A stretch of DNA of 64,000 bases from Lama guanicoe (Eukaryota): assembly GCA_013239625.1 (NCBI GenBank), contig MU053933.1:994001-1058000 (forward strand), read 5' to 3'. A program made the position numbers and the translations under genes. Under the pieces are notes generated by a model. That model ran no database searches. It saw only the letters and a program-made list of their open reading frames with translations, and had not been told where the DNA came from. Every line of letters begins with the position of its first letter. Position 1 is the stretch's first letter. Below, one piece after another: positions 11,368 to 24,453 of this stretch.

Positions 11368-12599
11368 GTGAGTGAGGGGGCCGCCCAGGGGCCAGCGTCT
11401 TGGGGACCAGACGGGGGCGTCCCCGTCGCTCTCCTCCTTGGCTTCTCCTCTCTCCCCTTTTCTTTCAACGTGATTCTCCAAGTTTTCATTCAGACTGCCC
11501 CTTGGTGGGCTCCGGAAGGCCCTGAGCTCAGGAAGGGGCACCGGCCCCGAGGAGCAGGTGAGGGGCCTTGCACCTGGGCTCTGACTGCACATGTCCCCAG
11601 AGCGTCCCCAGGGCCACGTCCTGACCCCCAGGCTGGCTGCTGTGCCCCCCGGGGGTGGGGGCTCTCCAACGCATTGGGGAGAATTTCCAGAAGGGGCTTC
11701 CACTGGAGGTTCTGCTGAGAGCGAGGCGAGGGGACCTGCGTCACGGCCAGACGAGGGGCAGTGAGGACTCGGGGACCGAGAGTTGCTTCTTACAGTAAGA
11801 AAGTTCTTTAACATTTCTCTTCTGCTGAGAAAACCCAAACCTGGAGTTTTTTGGTTTGGTCTCTTACCCGACAACATCACTTACACCCCCTTTTCTGAAC
11901 CCCAAGAAACAAGAAGTCTCTCCATGTGGGCTTCAGGCCACCAAAACCTACGGACTCACGGGCTTTTCTGTGACACAGAGCGGCCGCCTCGGGAGCGCTC
12001 ATGTGCTCGGTCGAGGTCAGCAGGTGGACGTCCCTGCAGGTCGCAGGAAAGGGCTTTACTCGCTGAGCCGCCGCCATCCCACCACGGTCGCCTGGAATCT
12101 CCTCAGGGACCCACTTCCATTCACGTGGTCTCCCAGGACACGGAAGCCTGGCGACACGGGCCGGGGAAGCACAGACCCCGCCCCCACCCGGCCTGGCCCT
12201 GGGCAGGGCCCGTGCCGGCCTGTGTCCCGGGGTGTTTTCTAGCAAGTAAACCTGATGACACGTCCAACCAGTCAGCGCGTGGGAGCTGCGAGTTCAGGGG
12301 AAGGGGGCATTTTAAGCATGTGGCCGCCACCTGCCGGAGCTGCGTGATCAGGGATGGACGGGGCCGGGGAGCGTGGCCGGAGGAGCCAGAGTTACATCTT
12401 CCAAAAGAAGCAGGAGGACCTCTGTCTCAGCGGCTCCCAACGACGGGGGGCCTGTCCCCGGGGCTCGGGACACACGGACCCCTGCTGGACGAGAGTCACC
12501 ACTGAGCACATCCAGAAAAGTCACGTTTGGCCCCAGCCCCTGGGGGGTGAGAGCAGACCTGGGCCCACGGCAGAGCCTCTCCGCCCCCGTGTCCTCCAA

Positions 12600-13330
12600 G
12601 CTCGGGCTGCCTGAGGCCGGAGAGGGGCGCGCCCTCGCGCTGAGAGTGTAGACGCCTCGGGATGGGAAGGCGCCTCCGTCCTACATCAGTCCGCACGCGG
12701 GGAGTGCGTGCAGCTGCCCTCAGGGCCGGGGTGGAAGGAGCGACGCTGCCCGTGCGGCCGGCTGCTGGCCCGGCCTCCACCAGCATATCCCAGGGGAGAA
12801 TGGGAGGGGTTCCGGCGCTTCCGAAAAGCCTGCGGCCACCTGCGGTGGCAGCCAGAGGTGCTCAGAGACGGAGCCCTGGCCTCTGGCACATCTGGGCACG
12901 TCGTGGATTTTGGAGTGCTGGCAGCGAGGATGGCACTTGAAAGCCTCAACAGCCCGCCAGCCCCCGAAACTGCATCTGGCCGCCCCCGGAGCAGCTCACA
13001 TCCCGGGAACATCAGGACTCCGGGTGGTGGTGGCTCACCTCTCCCCCTCCGCGCGTGGGTGATGCGCGCTTGGCGTCGCCTGGGGCCGCGCCCGGCGCCC
13101 TCTGATCACACACCCCACACGGAGGTGGCTGAGCGCCAGCTTGCAGCTGCGGGGCCTCCGGTCTCTCAGGCGTCCTCCATGCTCTCCACCACCCGGCCGC
13201 CCAGACCCCGACCCGCCGCCGCGTCCGGGCCGCCAGCACGAGAGCAGATGCACAGACGTGTCACTCCTGCTCCGGAGCCGCCATGCAAGCGGCACCAGAT
13301 GGTTTCGTCTGCCCGTCACCTCCGCTTCTT
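12600..13330. other. CpG-dense GC-rich intronic segment (CpG-island-like)
   Basis: Visibly frequent CG dinucleotides; observed/expected ratio not computed. Confidence 0.4.
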
Positions 13331-13919
13331 GACTCTGATTTCACAGCAAACATTTCAGCTCCTCGGGGTTGCCCAGAACCCAGAATGGGCGGGTGGAGCA
13401 AAGGTGTCAGGCGGTGAGAGATCAGAGCTACAGCGTCCAGTCCCAAGGGCCAGCATCGAGGACGATGTGGGGACCAGAAGCTCTGGACAGTGAGCCCCCT
13501 GGCTGGCGACAGAGCTGCCGGCAAAGCTAGGGGGATCCGGGCAGCAGCCTGGACACCAGCCCTCCCGTCCTCAGGCCGGGACCCTGCACCCTGACCGTCC
13601 TGTAAGGGGCTTCTTCAAGGCTCTGGTGTCCAAGCCCCGGGCCCAGTCTGCACGTGTGCTGCCCCCTCGAGGACGACGGGTGTGTGGTTACCTTCAGGGA
13701 CTTTCCATCTGGGACATCACCCCAGTTCCCACTGCATGGGGGAGCGGGGCAGGGGGATGGTTTCCAGTTGTCCGGGCGGACTCTTTGTGATGCCACGGAA
13801 GCCTCTGCTCCCTAAGGTGTTCCTTTCATGGGCACTGACGCCTGGTTATGGCGTTGGATTTGCAAAACCGCACCTGACTTGTGTGTCCAGTTCTCCTACG
13901 TTGTGCAACAAGTGGAAAT

Positions 13920-14285
13920 GAGTTTCCCGCAACGTGTGCCCTGTAACAAACACCGCAGGCGCTGTGGGAGCAGAGTGGGGGCTTCTGAAGAATAGGGGAA
14001 ACCTGTTCTCACCGTCTGGAGGCTGGAAGTCCAAGATCAAGGTGTGGGCAGGGCCAGTTCCGTCTGAGGCCTCTCCCCTCGGCGTGCAGACGGCCGTCTC
14101 CTCCTGTGTCCTCACGTGGTCGTCCCCCGTGCGTGTCTGTGTCCTGGTCTCTTCCCATAAGGACACCAGTCCTAGCAGACGAGGGCCCACCTCAGTCACC
14201 TGCTTCAAGGTCCTCTCTCCAAACTGTCTCACTGGGGTCAGGGCCTCAACACAGTGATTTAGGGGTCACAGTTCAGCCCCTGAGA
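13920..14285 (-). mobile_element. MaLR LTR (MLT1A/B-like)
   Basis: tctggaggctggaagtccaagatcaaggtg, cttcccataaggacaccagtc and cacagttcagccc are MLT1 hallmarks. Confidence 0.8.
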
Positions 14286-15219
14286 CACCCTTTGGGAGGA
14301 GAAGGTCATCCGGCGAACAGAGGCAGACAGGAAGCAGCGCCTGTGCAGACACCGGGGCGGCGGGTGACGGGACGGACGGAGGGCACGGGGCGGGACCGGG
14401 GGGTGGGGGGAGTGCAGCCGGTGTCTGCCCTGTGCCCCCGGCTGATTCTGTGTCGTCCCGGCTTGGCAGATCCCCATCCCCCCTGGGCTCTCGCCCAAGA
14501 CCTGCCTTCCCAGAAAGCAGAGCCCACTGGGTCAAACTCTCACTTTTTAAAAATTGTTTAATCTTTCTTCCCTAGCCTAATTAGACGCGAAGCTCTGAGG
14601 GGTGTTTAAACAGATGGCAACCATGAATCCTCTTTGGGACTGGAAACAAAATCAGTTCCAGCTTGAGCGGGGATTTCTGGACAAGGCAGCTCAGAGGGGA
14701 AGTGCCCCAGAAGGAGGGCCGGCTTCTGGGCACTGCAGTTAACACATTAAAGAGCGTGACCCCGCAGCCGGGGGCCCCTGGGGAGCGGGGTGCCACACGT
14801 CTGGGATGTGCGTCCTCGAGCTCCTCCGTCTCCCAGCCTCAGGCACGTCCAGGGCCAGGTCTGCTGAGGATGGAACTGAGTCCCGGAACCTCACACTGTG
14901 ATGCCGACCCCCTGAGGTGGTTCCTCACGTGAATAAATAAGTGAAATCCTCTCCAGTGCGGCCATTGGGTGCAGTGTCCCTCTCACCCGGCGTGTCCCCT
15001 CCTGCAGAGAATCCCATTGACTTCTGAACCCCGACTGCTCTTTCAAGCCCCCACATCCTTCTGGAGGATCCTGAAAACCCCCAGTCAGCAGGCTTCGCTC
15101 TCCAGGACCCCCAGCAGGGGCCTGGGGAAGCCACCCGGCTTTCCTGCAGGCTCTCCCGGGCCGTGGGGGCCTAGCCTGGCCCGGTCATGCTGTTGACCGT
15201 CCTGCTTCTGTGCCCGCAG

Positions 15220-15306
15220 ATGCTCAGCTGCTTAGAGCACATGTACCACGACCTGGGCCTGGTCAGAGACTTCAGCATCAACCCTGTCACGCTCAAGAGA
15301 TGGCTG
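15220..15306 (+). CDS. PDE9A: PDE9A coding exon (about exon 11), 87 bp: [29 protein letters not shown]
   Basis: tgcccgcag acceptor and CTG|gtgagt donor; manual translation. Confidence 0.97.
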
Positions 15307-15399
15307 GTGAGTGTCAGGCCCTCCTGACCCTGCACACGGTTTCACAGAGTCCCACGGGAATGGCCCGTGGGTGCCTCCCTGATGGGGATGCACAAGGCA

Positions 15400-15670
15400 G
15401 CATGTGTGTTGGGGGGGTGTCATGCACGCGTGGGCCTGTGTGTGTGTGCATGTGTGAGCATGTGTGCGTGTGCATTTGTGACTGTATGCATGTGTACATG
15501 TGGGGTGTGTGCACAATTGTGATTGCAGGTGCCTGCGTGTTTGTGGTGGTACATGTGTAAGTGTAAGCATGTGAGTGTGTATCTGTGGTGTGTTCACGTG
15601 TGTGTATGCGTGTGTGAGGTGTACATGTGGGGAAGGATACCGGTACGTATGTAAAGGAGTGTGTGTTTCG
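15400..15670. repeat. Degenerate (TG/TGCA)n low-complexity tract
   Basis: Runs of tgtgtgcatgtg. Confidence 0.9.
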
Positions 15671-16009
15671 CAGCAGATCTTTCTTTGAAACACAGTATTG
15701 CTGAGAACCAAACATTATAAGTGTGTTGAAGGTTTGCTGGTGACTGGAGCCCCTCACGTACCCCCAGCCCCCTCCCAGCTTCAGGTCCCCGGATGGCCCC
15801 TCTGGGGATGGCTCAGTCCACAGGCCCAGAGTGGAAGCCACAGCGTGGCCCTAGGACGCCCTCAGGCCCCAGGGCCCCCTGTCCGCACCCTGGGGAGACG
15901 GGAGGCCCAGGCCGGGAGCAGGCGGTTGGCGACAGGGACAAAGTGCCCGGAGCCTGGAGGGGCGGCGGGTGACGGGGCGGCGGCTGGACCCTGCCCTCTC
16001 ATCCCACAG

Positions 16010-16114
16010 CTCTGCGTGCACGACAACTACCGGAACAACCCCTTCCACAACTTCCGGCACTGCTTCTGCGTCGCCCAGATGATGTACAGCATGGTCTGGC
16101 TCTGCGGGCTCCAG
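16010..16114 (+). CDS. PDE9A: PDE9A coding exon (about exon 12), 105 bp: [35 protein letters not shown]
   Basis: atcccacag acceptor and CAG|gtgggc donor; contains the PDE FHNFRH metal-binding motif. Confidence 0.98.
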
Positions 16115-16278
16115 GTGGGCGGCGGGTGGGGGGGGGGCCTCCCCTCCCGGGGAGCCCCGCCCCTCCCGGGGAGCCCCGCCCGCTGGAGCCACACCCCTCC
16201 CTGGACCTGGCCTCGGCCCACCCGGATCCCACCGGGTTACGACCCCTCCTCACCCCACCCACCCTCTCTCTGATCCAG

Positions 16279-16361
16279 GAGAAGTTTTCCCAGATGGATA
16301 TCTTGATCCTGATGACAGCGGCCGTCTGCCATGATTTGGACCATCCCGGCTACAACAACAC
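16279..16361 (+). CDS. PDE9A: PDE9A coding exon (about exon 13), 83 bp: [27 protein letters not shown](T)
   Basis: tgatccag acceptor and AC|gtatgt donor; [13 protein letters not shown]ase signature. Confidence 0.98.
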
Positions 16362-17474
16362 GTATGTTCGGGGTCTTTATCTCCTTCCTCCCCCTCAAGG
16401 GCACTCTGAGCATCAGAGGTGAACTTTCCAGCTCAACGCTCTGCAAGTTCCAAGCTGCAGCTGTCGTGAAGGCTTCCCAAGCCCCCGGCTCCACCTCCAT
16501 GGGACATGGCTCCCCGATCTGGGGCTTTGTCCAGGGCCTTGACTCCCGGGACAGGACCCCTGAGGGGCTGACTCACCCCTTTGTGGTCCCGGCCCCAGGT
16601 CTGCATCTGCACAGGCAGAGCCTGGCAGCAGCAGAACCTCCCCTCCCCCCAAAGCAAGGAGTGACCCCACCCACATGGGGACCCCGTTCTCTGGGTCTCA
16701 CTCCCCCGAGGGCAGCCTCCCGAGTGAGAGAGAAGGGGCTAAGACTCACTGAGTCAGAGAAGGGTATGGACGAGTGAGAGGTGGGAGGGTCCAAGGCAGG
16801 GCAGGGCGCAGGGGCCAGGAGGGCCGGCCAGCTTTGGTGGACCGCACATCCAGTCCCGCCGCTGGGGGCGAGGCACAGAGATCCACCCCAAGTACCTGCC
16901 GGAGTCCAGGCCACGCGGTGTTGGTTTGTGTTCACAGCAATGCATGGGTTGTTCTGTTGAATCTGTGTGTTCGTGTTTCAAATTTTATTGTGTGTGATGA
17001 CACCAGATACGCCAAAGAACCGGGTGGTGGTTTGTCAGTACCAGAGTGGATCCCAGGGCGGGGACGTCTGTGCTCCCCAGAGGAGGCGGCGTCCCCTCAC
17101 CTCACACTCGGAGGACGTGCCGAGGACAGGCCAGCCAAGGGCCGAGCCCACAGCCCCTGACGTGAAAATACATACTGACCCCCCACCACCACAAATTGAA
17201 AATGCTCACGGGCCCTGACCACCCTCAGGGCACGTGGCAGGGAGGCCCTGAGGCTTCTTGGTGGCATCTGCCATTAGTACTGTGACATCTTGGAGGTATC
17301 TAGTTAGCAGGCAGCAGAGCATCAGAAGGGGTTTCTGGGCACCAGCAGGGTGTGGTCGCCCCCAAGAGCCCCATCACTTCCAGCCTCTAAACACCCGGGC
17401 GTTGCTGCCCTGACTCACAGGAGCCTCCAAGCGCGGATGCCTGAGGCTCCCTCTGCTCTCTCCTGCGATCCCAG

Positions 17475-17631
17475 GTACCAGATCAATGCCCGCACGGAGC
17501 TGGCCGTCCGCTACAATGACATCTCGCCCCTGGAGAACCACCACTGTGCCGTGGCCTTCCAGATCCTCACCCAGCCCGAGTGCAACATCTTCTCCAATGT
17601 GCAGCCGGACAGCTTCCGGCAGATCAGACAG
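17475..17631 (+). CDS. PDE9A: PDE9A coding exon (about exon 14), 157 bp: [52 protein letters not shown]
   Basis: gatcccag acceptor and CAG|gtgtgc donor; LENHH motif. Confidence 0.98.
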
Positions 17632-18299
17632 GTGTGCGGGGTGGGGGCTCGCTGCTGCAGAGTGGGGGTTTCGGGGGAGATGGTGAGCAGGACCAGAGAG
17701 TGGAAGCCCCCTCTGCTGTGGCTGAGGCTCCAGGGAGCTCTGAAGCACAGTTGTGCCCACCAGGCACCCTGGGGAACCAACCTGCCCACCTCCTCCAAGA
17801 CCACGTGGCCCCAGGAAGAGGTGTGCACGTGGCGTGCACACCTGCGTGGGCTTCCACGCAGCTGCACCTCACGGCCACCATTTACTTTAACCCTTTGAGA
17901 CAAGTCCTTTCTGATGTCGCAGCCCAGGAAAGCGAGGCTGACAGAGGGGAGGTAACTCGCTCACCCAAGGAGGCGGAGTGTGTCCGTGTGGGCCCCGGAC
18001 GGACACGTCTGCTCCGTCCAGCAGGGCAGAACCCTGACCGCTGGCCCCTAGGTCCCCTCCTGTCCCCGGCCACCCCGTGAGCCAGTCAGCCCCACCTCCC
18101 ACGTCAGAAAAGAGACTTTTCACTCCTCAGGGCACGTTGGGAGGAGAGTGAGGGTGGCCACCTGTCCTCAGGCAGACATTCCAAGTCACCCACAGTGGTG
18201 CCCGCACACACGGAGGTCCCACTGAACACCGCCCTGTGCTTCACCCTCCGACACTTTTGGTGGGGGCGGGGTGATGTCAGAATCAGGTCCTGAGGAGCG

Positions 18300-18735
18300 A
18301 GGCGGGCTGAGTGGTAGCCCCTCCAACCAAAAGAAAAGGTGTGTCCACCTCCTGACCCCCCAGGACCTGTGGCTTATTTAGAAAAAGAGTCTTGGCAGGT
18401 TTAATTAAGTCAGGAGCTCTGGGTCAGATTATCCAGGTGGGCCCAATCCAGTGCAAGTGTCCTTATAAGAGACACACAGAGGAGGGACACAGACACAGAG
18501 AGGCTGTGTGACGACAGAGGCAGAGACGGGAGTGATGCAGACACAAGCCGTGGAGCGCGGGGGTGGGGGTCGGGGGGCACCAGACATCAGGGAATGGAGC
18601 CTCCAGAGGGCAGGCTCCCCGGCCTCTGCGGGTCTCAGTGTCTTTGTGAACATGAGGAGGGGATTCCGAGGCACGCCCACAGCGCTGGCGTGAGGACCAG
18701 CTGAAGTGATGCGGGCGGCCCCACACACAGTCAGC
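18300..18735 (+). mobile_element. MaLR LTR (MLT1C-like)
   Basis: gattatccaggtgggccc..gtgtccttataagaga..gaggcagagacgggagtgatgcag. Confidence 0.75.
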
Positions 18736-18796
18736 ACTCACTGCCCAGCTGTCACGATCGTGCCCCGTGTTGACGCTTTGCTGTTTTGCTTCTCAG

Positions 18797-18910
18797 GGGA
18801 TGATCACGTTAATCTTGGCCACAGACATGGCAAGACACGCAGAGATTATGGATTCTTTCAAGGAAAAAATGGAGAATTTTGACTACGGCAATGAGGAGCA
18901 CGTGACCCTC
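18797..18910 (+). CDS. PDE9A: PDE9A coding exon (about exon 15), 114 bp: [38 protein letters not shown]
   Basis: gcttctcag acceptor; weak donor CTC|gtacgc fixed by frame and homology; LATDM motif. Confidence 0.95.
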
Positions 18911-21310
18911 GTACGCAGGCTTGTCTTCCCTCTTTGGGGGCTGGTGGGTGAGTCCCACCCTCCGGCTCAGACTGGAAACCAAGAAGCCAAAATTCATAAC
19001 CTCACCTCGGAGTGAGGTGTCGCTGTCACAGCTCTTACCGGGAAAGCCCCCTGTCGGGACCCCGCCCCCCAGGTTAAAGGCAGCCTTTTCCTGTTCCTCC
19101 ATCTCATTCTGATTTGAGGGCGATGAGTGGGTGAAGGCAGTCCCTCTGGCTCTGTTTGCTGAGAATAAAGTTGGTTCTCCCATGAAGGCCCAGCCCCAGA
19201 AAACGCACTGAATCCCAGCCTCTGGGCAGGCACCTTGGGGACCCGGTGGGACCCCACGCCTCCCACCTGTGCCCCCACCAGCTGCATTTCAGGGCGCCCC
19301 CTGCATAACCAGGGCGGGGGGACCAGAGAAGGGCGGGAACCTCGCCCGTGATGGGGGTGTGCCCACATCTGCCCTTCGGAGAAGGGAAAACTCGGGAAGA
19401 TTTCCCGCCCTGGTCTCCAGAGAGAGACGGGGTTGGTTCTACGAGCCTGGTCTAAGGGCGAGGTCTACTCTCTGACAGCCTCGCTCTCTCAGAAGTGTTA
19501 CCATCCACACCGTCACTTCCGTCACCATGTGTTCATCAGCAAGGACAGTCCTCTTCGATCTGGCTGGACTTCTGTCCTCAGGAGGGGCTCGTCCACTCCA
19601 CAAAACTGAATTATGGCTAATACACACAGTGTGCAGGGGAGGACCTCCAGTTTTTAATAACTGAACAGCGGGAGAGCCTGTCCCCCCAAGTCAGGGCCTC
19701 CCAAAGCGTCCGATCCCAGATGCAAGAGAGAGACGCAGTCTGGTGCAGGGAATTCCTTGTTCCTGGAAACAGTGGGACGGGGGAGGTGCCGCCCTGCCCT
19801 CTAAGATGCCGAGAAGGCCGAGCAGGGTCTGGGCGGGGACACATCTGGAGATGGAAGATGGAAGGGCAGACCAGCCCCATCCATTGCCAGTTCTTTGCAG
19901 AGGGAGGGCCAGCTGGGACGGAGCGATGGGGCAGGAGCCCAGAGGGTGGCGCTGCCAGTGTTCAGGGGTCACTTAGGGCAGCGGGCCACTCAGAGTGACC
20001 ATCACGTCTTTGCAGGCCAGGGGCAGAGAGAGGCACGGGCTCCCCAGGGCCTCATCCATCCACACCCCACTGCCCCCCACCCCAGGGCAAGTGTCAGTGA
20101 CCTGCACACGGACGGAGGGAGTTAGTCTCCTGGGAAGACGAGGACGCGGCCGGGCGTGGGGCGTGCAGGGGACACCGTCTGGGGCTGGTGTCCAGGAAGG
20201 CTGGCAGGAGGGGCCAGGGCAGGACCTGGACCGTCACACGTCCAGACGTGGGCAGCGAGGAGGAGGGGGCTTCTGGGGGACAGTGGCTCAAGCCGGGCAA
20301 CAAGTGAAGAACAGCAGGGACGGTACATCACTGCTTTCGTAGAGCTTTTGGGGGAACTGGAAGAACAGATGGATTTTGATACAGTTCGTGACAAGTCGAG
20401 GGTAATTTTTTAAAGTCACACAGTCTGATGCTGTCTGCTCAGGACTGCCGGTCACAACCTAACGTGTGGATGCGGTGCTGCTTATCTGCGCCCCCAGGCG
20501 AGCTGTGCTTAGGCTCCCGGGAGGCGTCGCGGCCGACCTGCAGCTGCAGCGCTGTGGCCGCCGCCTAGCCACCGGGAGGGCTTTGCGATCGGGGCTCTGT
20601 GTTTTCCTAGCTGTGTTTTATTTGAAGCCTTTCAAAGGTAGATGGTAAATGAAACACCTTCACAACTGGAAATGTGGATTAGGCAGCTTCAGGTGAAATT
20701 AGTTTTCCCTTTGATATAAAAATAAAAGTTTATCCAAATATGAGGGAAAAAAAGGCAGGAAGCCCAGGGTCCCGGCAGAGGCCCGGCTAACACGGGGCGG
20801 TGCCAGGCTTGGGACCAGAGGGCAGAAGCCAAGGCCACCTCGACCTTTGTGTAACTGTGTGCCCCCAGGCTGGGGCGGGATTCTGCCTTGGACGCCCCTT
20901 CGGTCAGCAGGCGGGACTGTGGTTCCCCATCCTCCTTCCCTCCCCGGTGCTCAGGGAGGGGGTGCCGAGCCCAGGGGGTGCCCTCCCTGCTTTTACGTGA
21001 GGGTCCCCTTCCCCCTCTGTTTCCAGCGGGCCACTTCTGTGCCCAGGGGCCCCAGGACCCTCCACCTTACCTTTTAAAGCCCCGCCTTCTGGCAGTGCTG
21101 TGTCTGCATTTCTTAGTATTGTCAGCGTCCAAAAGGTACACTTGAACTTGTCAGTGTGTGGTTTGTGGGACCACCGTCCGTGTTTTAAAGGGGCTTGCCC
21201 ACGCCTCGAGGCCCCACCTCTGGGAAGATGCTGACCGCCGGGGGTGCGGTGATGCCCCGCAGCGGCGGGACCGGCCTGCGTGGCGGTGCTGATGCCCCCT
21301 CTCCCTCCAG

Positions 21311-21415
21311 CTGAAGATGGTTCTGATAAAGTGCTGTGACATCTCCAACGAGGTCCGCCCGGCGGAGGTGGCCGAGCCCTGGGTGGACTGCTTGCTGGAG
21401 GAGTACTTCATGCAG
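21311..21415 (+). CDS. PDE9A: PDE9A coding exon (about exon 16), 105 bp: [35 protein letters not shown]
   Basis: ctccctccag acceptor and CAG|gtaagg donor; CCDISN metal-ligand Asp and EEYF motif. Confidence 0.98.
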
Positions 21416-22062
21416 GTAAGGGCGCTGCCCAGCAGCCACCCTCCCGTGGCTCCTTCCCCCCCTTCACCGGGTTCGTGTCGAGGACGTGGCAGGCTGGTGC
21501 CAGGGTGGCCGCGTCACCAGCCCCCTGAAGCCGTGACAGCGGGCACACGTCAGCAGTGAAGTGGGTCTGAGGCACAGAAGACGGGGACCAACGGGAGCAG
21601 CGCGTGTCACGCTGCCCCTGTGACCACTGGCTCACCCGCTGAGGGGGCCCCAGGGCCCGCAGGGGCCAGGAGCGGGAACCGTGGAGGTTGAGGGCACTTG
21701 GGGGAGGTCAGCCAGCAGCAGTTCCCGGGAGGCTCTGGGACGGACAGCCAAGCCAGCCCAAGATGGAAGATGCTGGAAGGGACAATAAGCCGCTTGTTAC
21801 AGCAGCCTGAGGAGCCGTGGGGGCTGGGGGCCTGCGGCTGAGCCCCAGCCCCCCACCCCCACCCCGGCACAAGCCTGCAGGCCCAGCTGGGCAGCACGCA
21901 AGGCGGCATCCTCTTCCCCCGTGGCCGCCGAGGTGCTGGCTGCGCGGCGGGTCCCCCTGGCCTGGTAGCTGTTTCCTCTTTCTCGCGGGATCTTGACCCT
22001 GAAAGCTCCCAGATTCGGATGGTTTTCTGTCTTAAACGTCGTGTCTCCTGCATTCCCCGCAG

Positions 22063-22191
22063 AGCGACCGCGAGAAGTCAGAGGGCCTGCCTGTGGCCCC
22101 ATTCATGGACCGGGACAAAGTGACCAAAGCCACAGCCCAAATTGGGTTCATCAAGTTCGTCCTGATCCCAATGTTCGAAACGGTGACCAAG
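22063..22191 (+). CDS. PDE9A: PDE9A coding exon (about exon 17), 129 bp: [43 protein letters not shown]
   Basis: ttccccgcag acceptor and AAG|gtgagc donor; invariant Gln and Phe of the substrate pocket (AQIGF). Confidence 0.98.
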
Positions 22192-23670
22192 GTGAGCCGC
22201 CATCACCACGAGCTGGTGACCCGAGGATGGGAAGTACATGTGTGTGTGCACACACGCACGTGTGCTTGGGCCACCTGCCCAGTGCCCCACCTGAAGTCCC
22301 CCCCCCACCTTAACGCCAGCATGTCCAAAACAGACTCCCCTCTCACCTCCCCACCCATCCCTCCTGCCCCGCCGGCCACGCCAGCAGCAAAGCCACAGAG
22401 CCGCACGGCTTCCCCTTCCTCAGCCACCTCGGCCAGGAGCCCCTCGTCCATGGTGTCTCTGGGAGCCACCCCAGGCCCTCCCTGCCCCAGGGCGCCGCCC
22501 AGGGGCCTCTCATGCTTGCCTTCAGAAGACCCTTCTCACCTGCCCACGCCTCCATCTCACCCCCCCCACCCAGCACAGGGCTGTCGCCAGGTTAGTCCTC
22601 AGCCAGGAGATGGTCTCTGCCTCTCTCCTGAACCTTCCGTGGCTCCCCACTGCCCCCAACACAAGACAAGCCACCCCACCTTGTGCACAGTCCCCCACCC
22701 TCCCTGGCACTTCCATCTCGCAGGACAGCCCACAGCTCCTGGTCTCGCCTTTTATATACCTCCACCTCTGAGCTCAGGCGCCCCATGCCATCCCCAGTGG
22801 CCTTCCATAACTGCCTCAATGTGTCCTTCCTCAAACTCCACCACTCTGTCGCTTCTCTAAGAACCTGCCTTCCTGTATGAGCGTTCCTTCCACAACCACG
22901 GACCTCGCCTGGGCCGGCAGGTGCAGGGGCACAGTTAGGGGATGACGGGCCTGCTCTCCTCCAGCCGCAGGAGCAGAGCTGGGGCTGGAGAAGCCTGGGA
23001 GCACTGCAGCTGAGAGCTATGTGCCCAGGGCTCCGTGGGACAGGGATACCAGGGGCATGCCTCCCTGGGGCTGGGGAGGTCGCAGGTGAGGGGGCAGGTA
23101 GCTCCCTCGGAGCTGAGTCTTAAAGACAAATGGATGTTCGCCAGGTGGGCCCAGCACAGCGGGAGCTGCAGGAGGGAGGCAGAGCCACAGGGCCGGCCTG
23201 GGATGTGGTGTGAGCAGAGCCAGGGCCCGGGGCCCGGGGCCCCCCAGGGGGATGGCCTCGCTTCTCCGGCCACAGGGCTGTCGGGGGCTAGTGGGTGAGG
23301 TTGGCGTTTGGATGATGAGAGTCTGCAGGATGGGCAGTCGGGCGTCCCAGGAGGCAGAAGGAGGGGAGCAGCTTCTGCCAGGTCTACGTGGAAAACACGA
23401 GAGAAGGAAACAGCTCAGATGCGTGGGTGGCAGCCGCGTGGGCTCCATCCAGGAGGGCTTCCAGGAGCCATTGACCAGATGGCATCAAACCTTGGGCACC
23501 TTGGATTCTGCCACAGCCACGGCCCAGGAGCCTCCAAAGGTCCCCTTGGACAGAAGCACGTTTCCTGTGCGGCTGGTCCCCCCCGACGCACGGGGCCTGG
23601 CGCGGTTTTGCTCACGTGTTTTCCGTAAGGAGGACGGACTGTCGATGGCATCCGTCTGCGTCCCTCCCAG

Positions 23671-23766
23671 CTCTTCCCTGCAGTCGAGGAGCTCATGCTG
23701 CAGCCCCTGTGGGAATCCAGAGATCGCTACGAGGCGCTGAAGCAAATAGACGACGCCATGAAGGAG
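23671..23766 (+). CDS. PDE9A: PDE9A coding exon (about exon 18), 96 bp: [32 protein letters not shown]
   Basis: tccctcccag acceptor and GAG|gtgaga donor. Confidence 0.97.
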
Positions 23767-24453
23767 GTGAGACGGGAGTGTGCACAGGGCCTACACGGCC
23801 GGCCGCACCGGCGAGGGGCCCTCGGGGCCAGAGCCCGTCCGCCCCACCGAAAAGCCGGGCCGGCTCAGACGAGGGACTCTGTCTTCGGGGAAACCATGCT
23901 GCGAGGAATGCAAAGTCCCGGAGGGAGTCGCCCACGGTTGCGATGGTCCTCGTGGGATCACAGCCTCATGGCTGCTCACGCTCCCTCGGAGCAGCGCCCC
24001 GGCCCCGCGGGGTCCCTGTCCTCCTCCTCCTCCTCAGGGCGACCTTGTTCGGAGGGAGGGCAGTGGGAGAGATGCCCCGCCCCGGCACAGGGAAAGCTGC
24101 CACTCGGGACCCAGCCACACATGGCACCCGCAAAGAGCGTCAGGAGACTGGCTCTGGCTCTAGGTTGCTGCTGGGATGGGTCCTGTGTTTGAGGGAGGGG
24201 TCAGTTCACGGCTCAGAGCTGGAGTGGAGGTTTTCCCAAAAGCCCCCCGAGTTGGTCTGGCCAAGTCAGGACCCCAGTGTGTGCAGAGCTGCGTCAGGCC
24301 CCCTGCCGCCTGAGATCACCGCAGACCCCCACCGTGATGTCTGCAGCCCTCAGGTGTGGCCTCCCCTCCATCCACCGGCCCCCTCCTCCCTCATGTCCCC
24401 GTCTGGCCTTGGCCAGCATCCCCCTGACTCCAGGGCCCCCCTGACCCCCGTGC

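Noticed and set aside
12708..13493. 261-aa ORF and the nearby 240-aa ORF at 11783-12505
   Set aside because: Pro/Arg/Gly/Ala-rich, no recognisable domain, intronic; expected from stop-codon scarcity at high GC
22093..22860. 255-aa ORF beginning with PDE9A sequence
   Set aside because: Only the part up to 22191 is exon; the rest is read-through into a C-rich intron past a good donor
23671..23684. Second acceptor-like ctcttccctgcag 13 nt inside the exon
   Set aside because: Would frameshift; the upstream AG fits homology and is reached first
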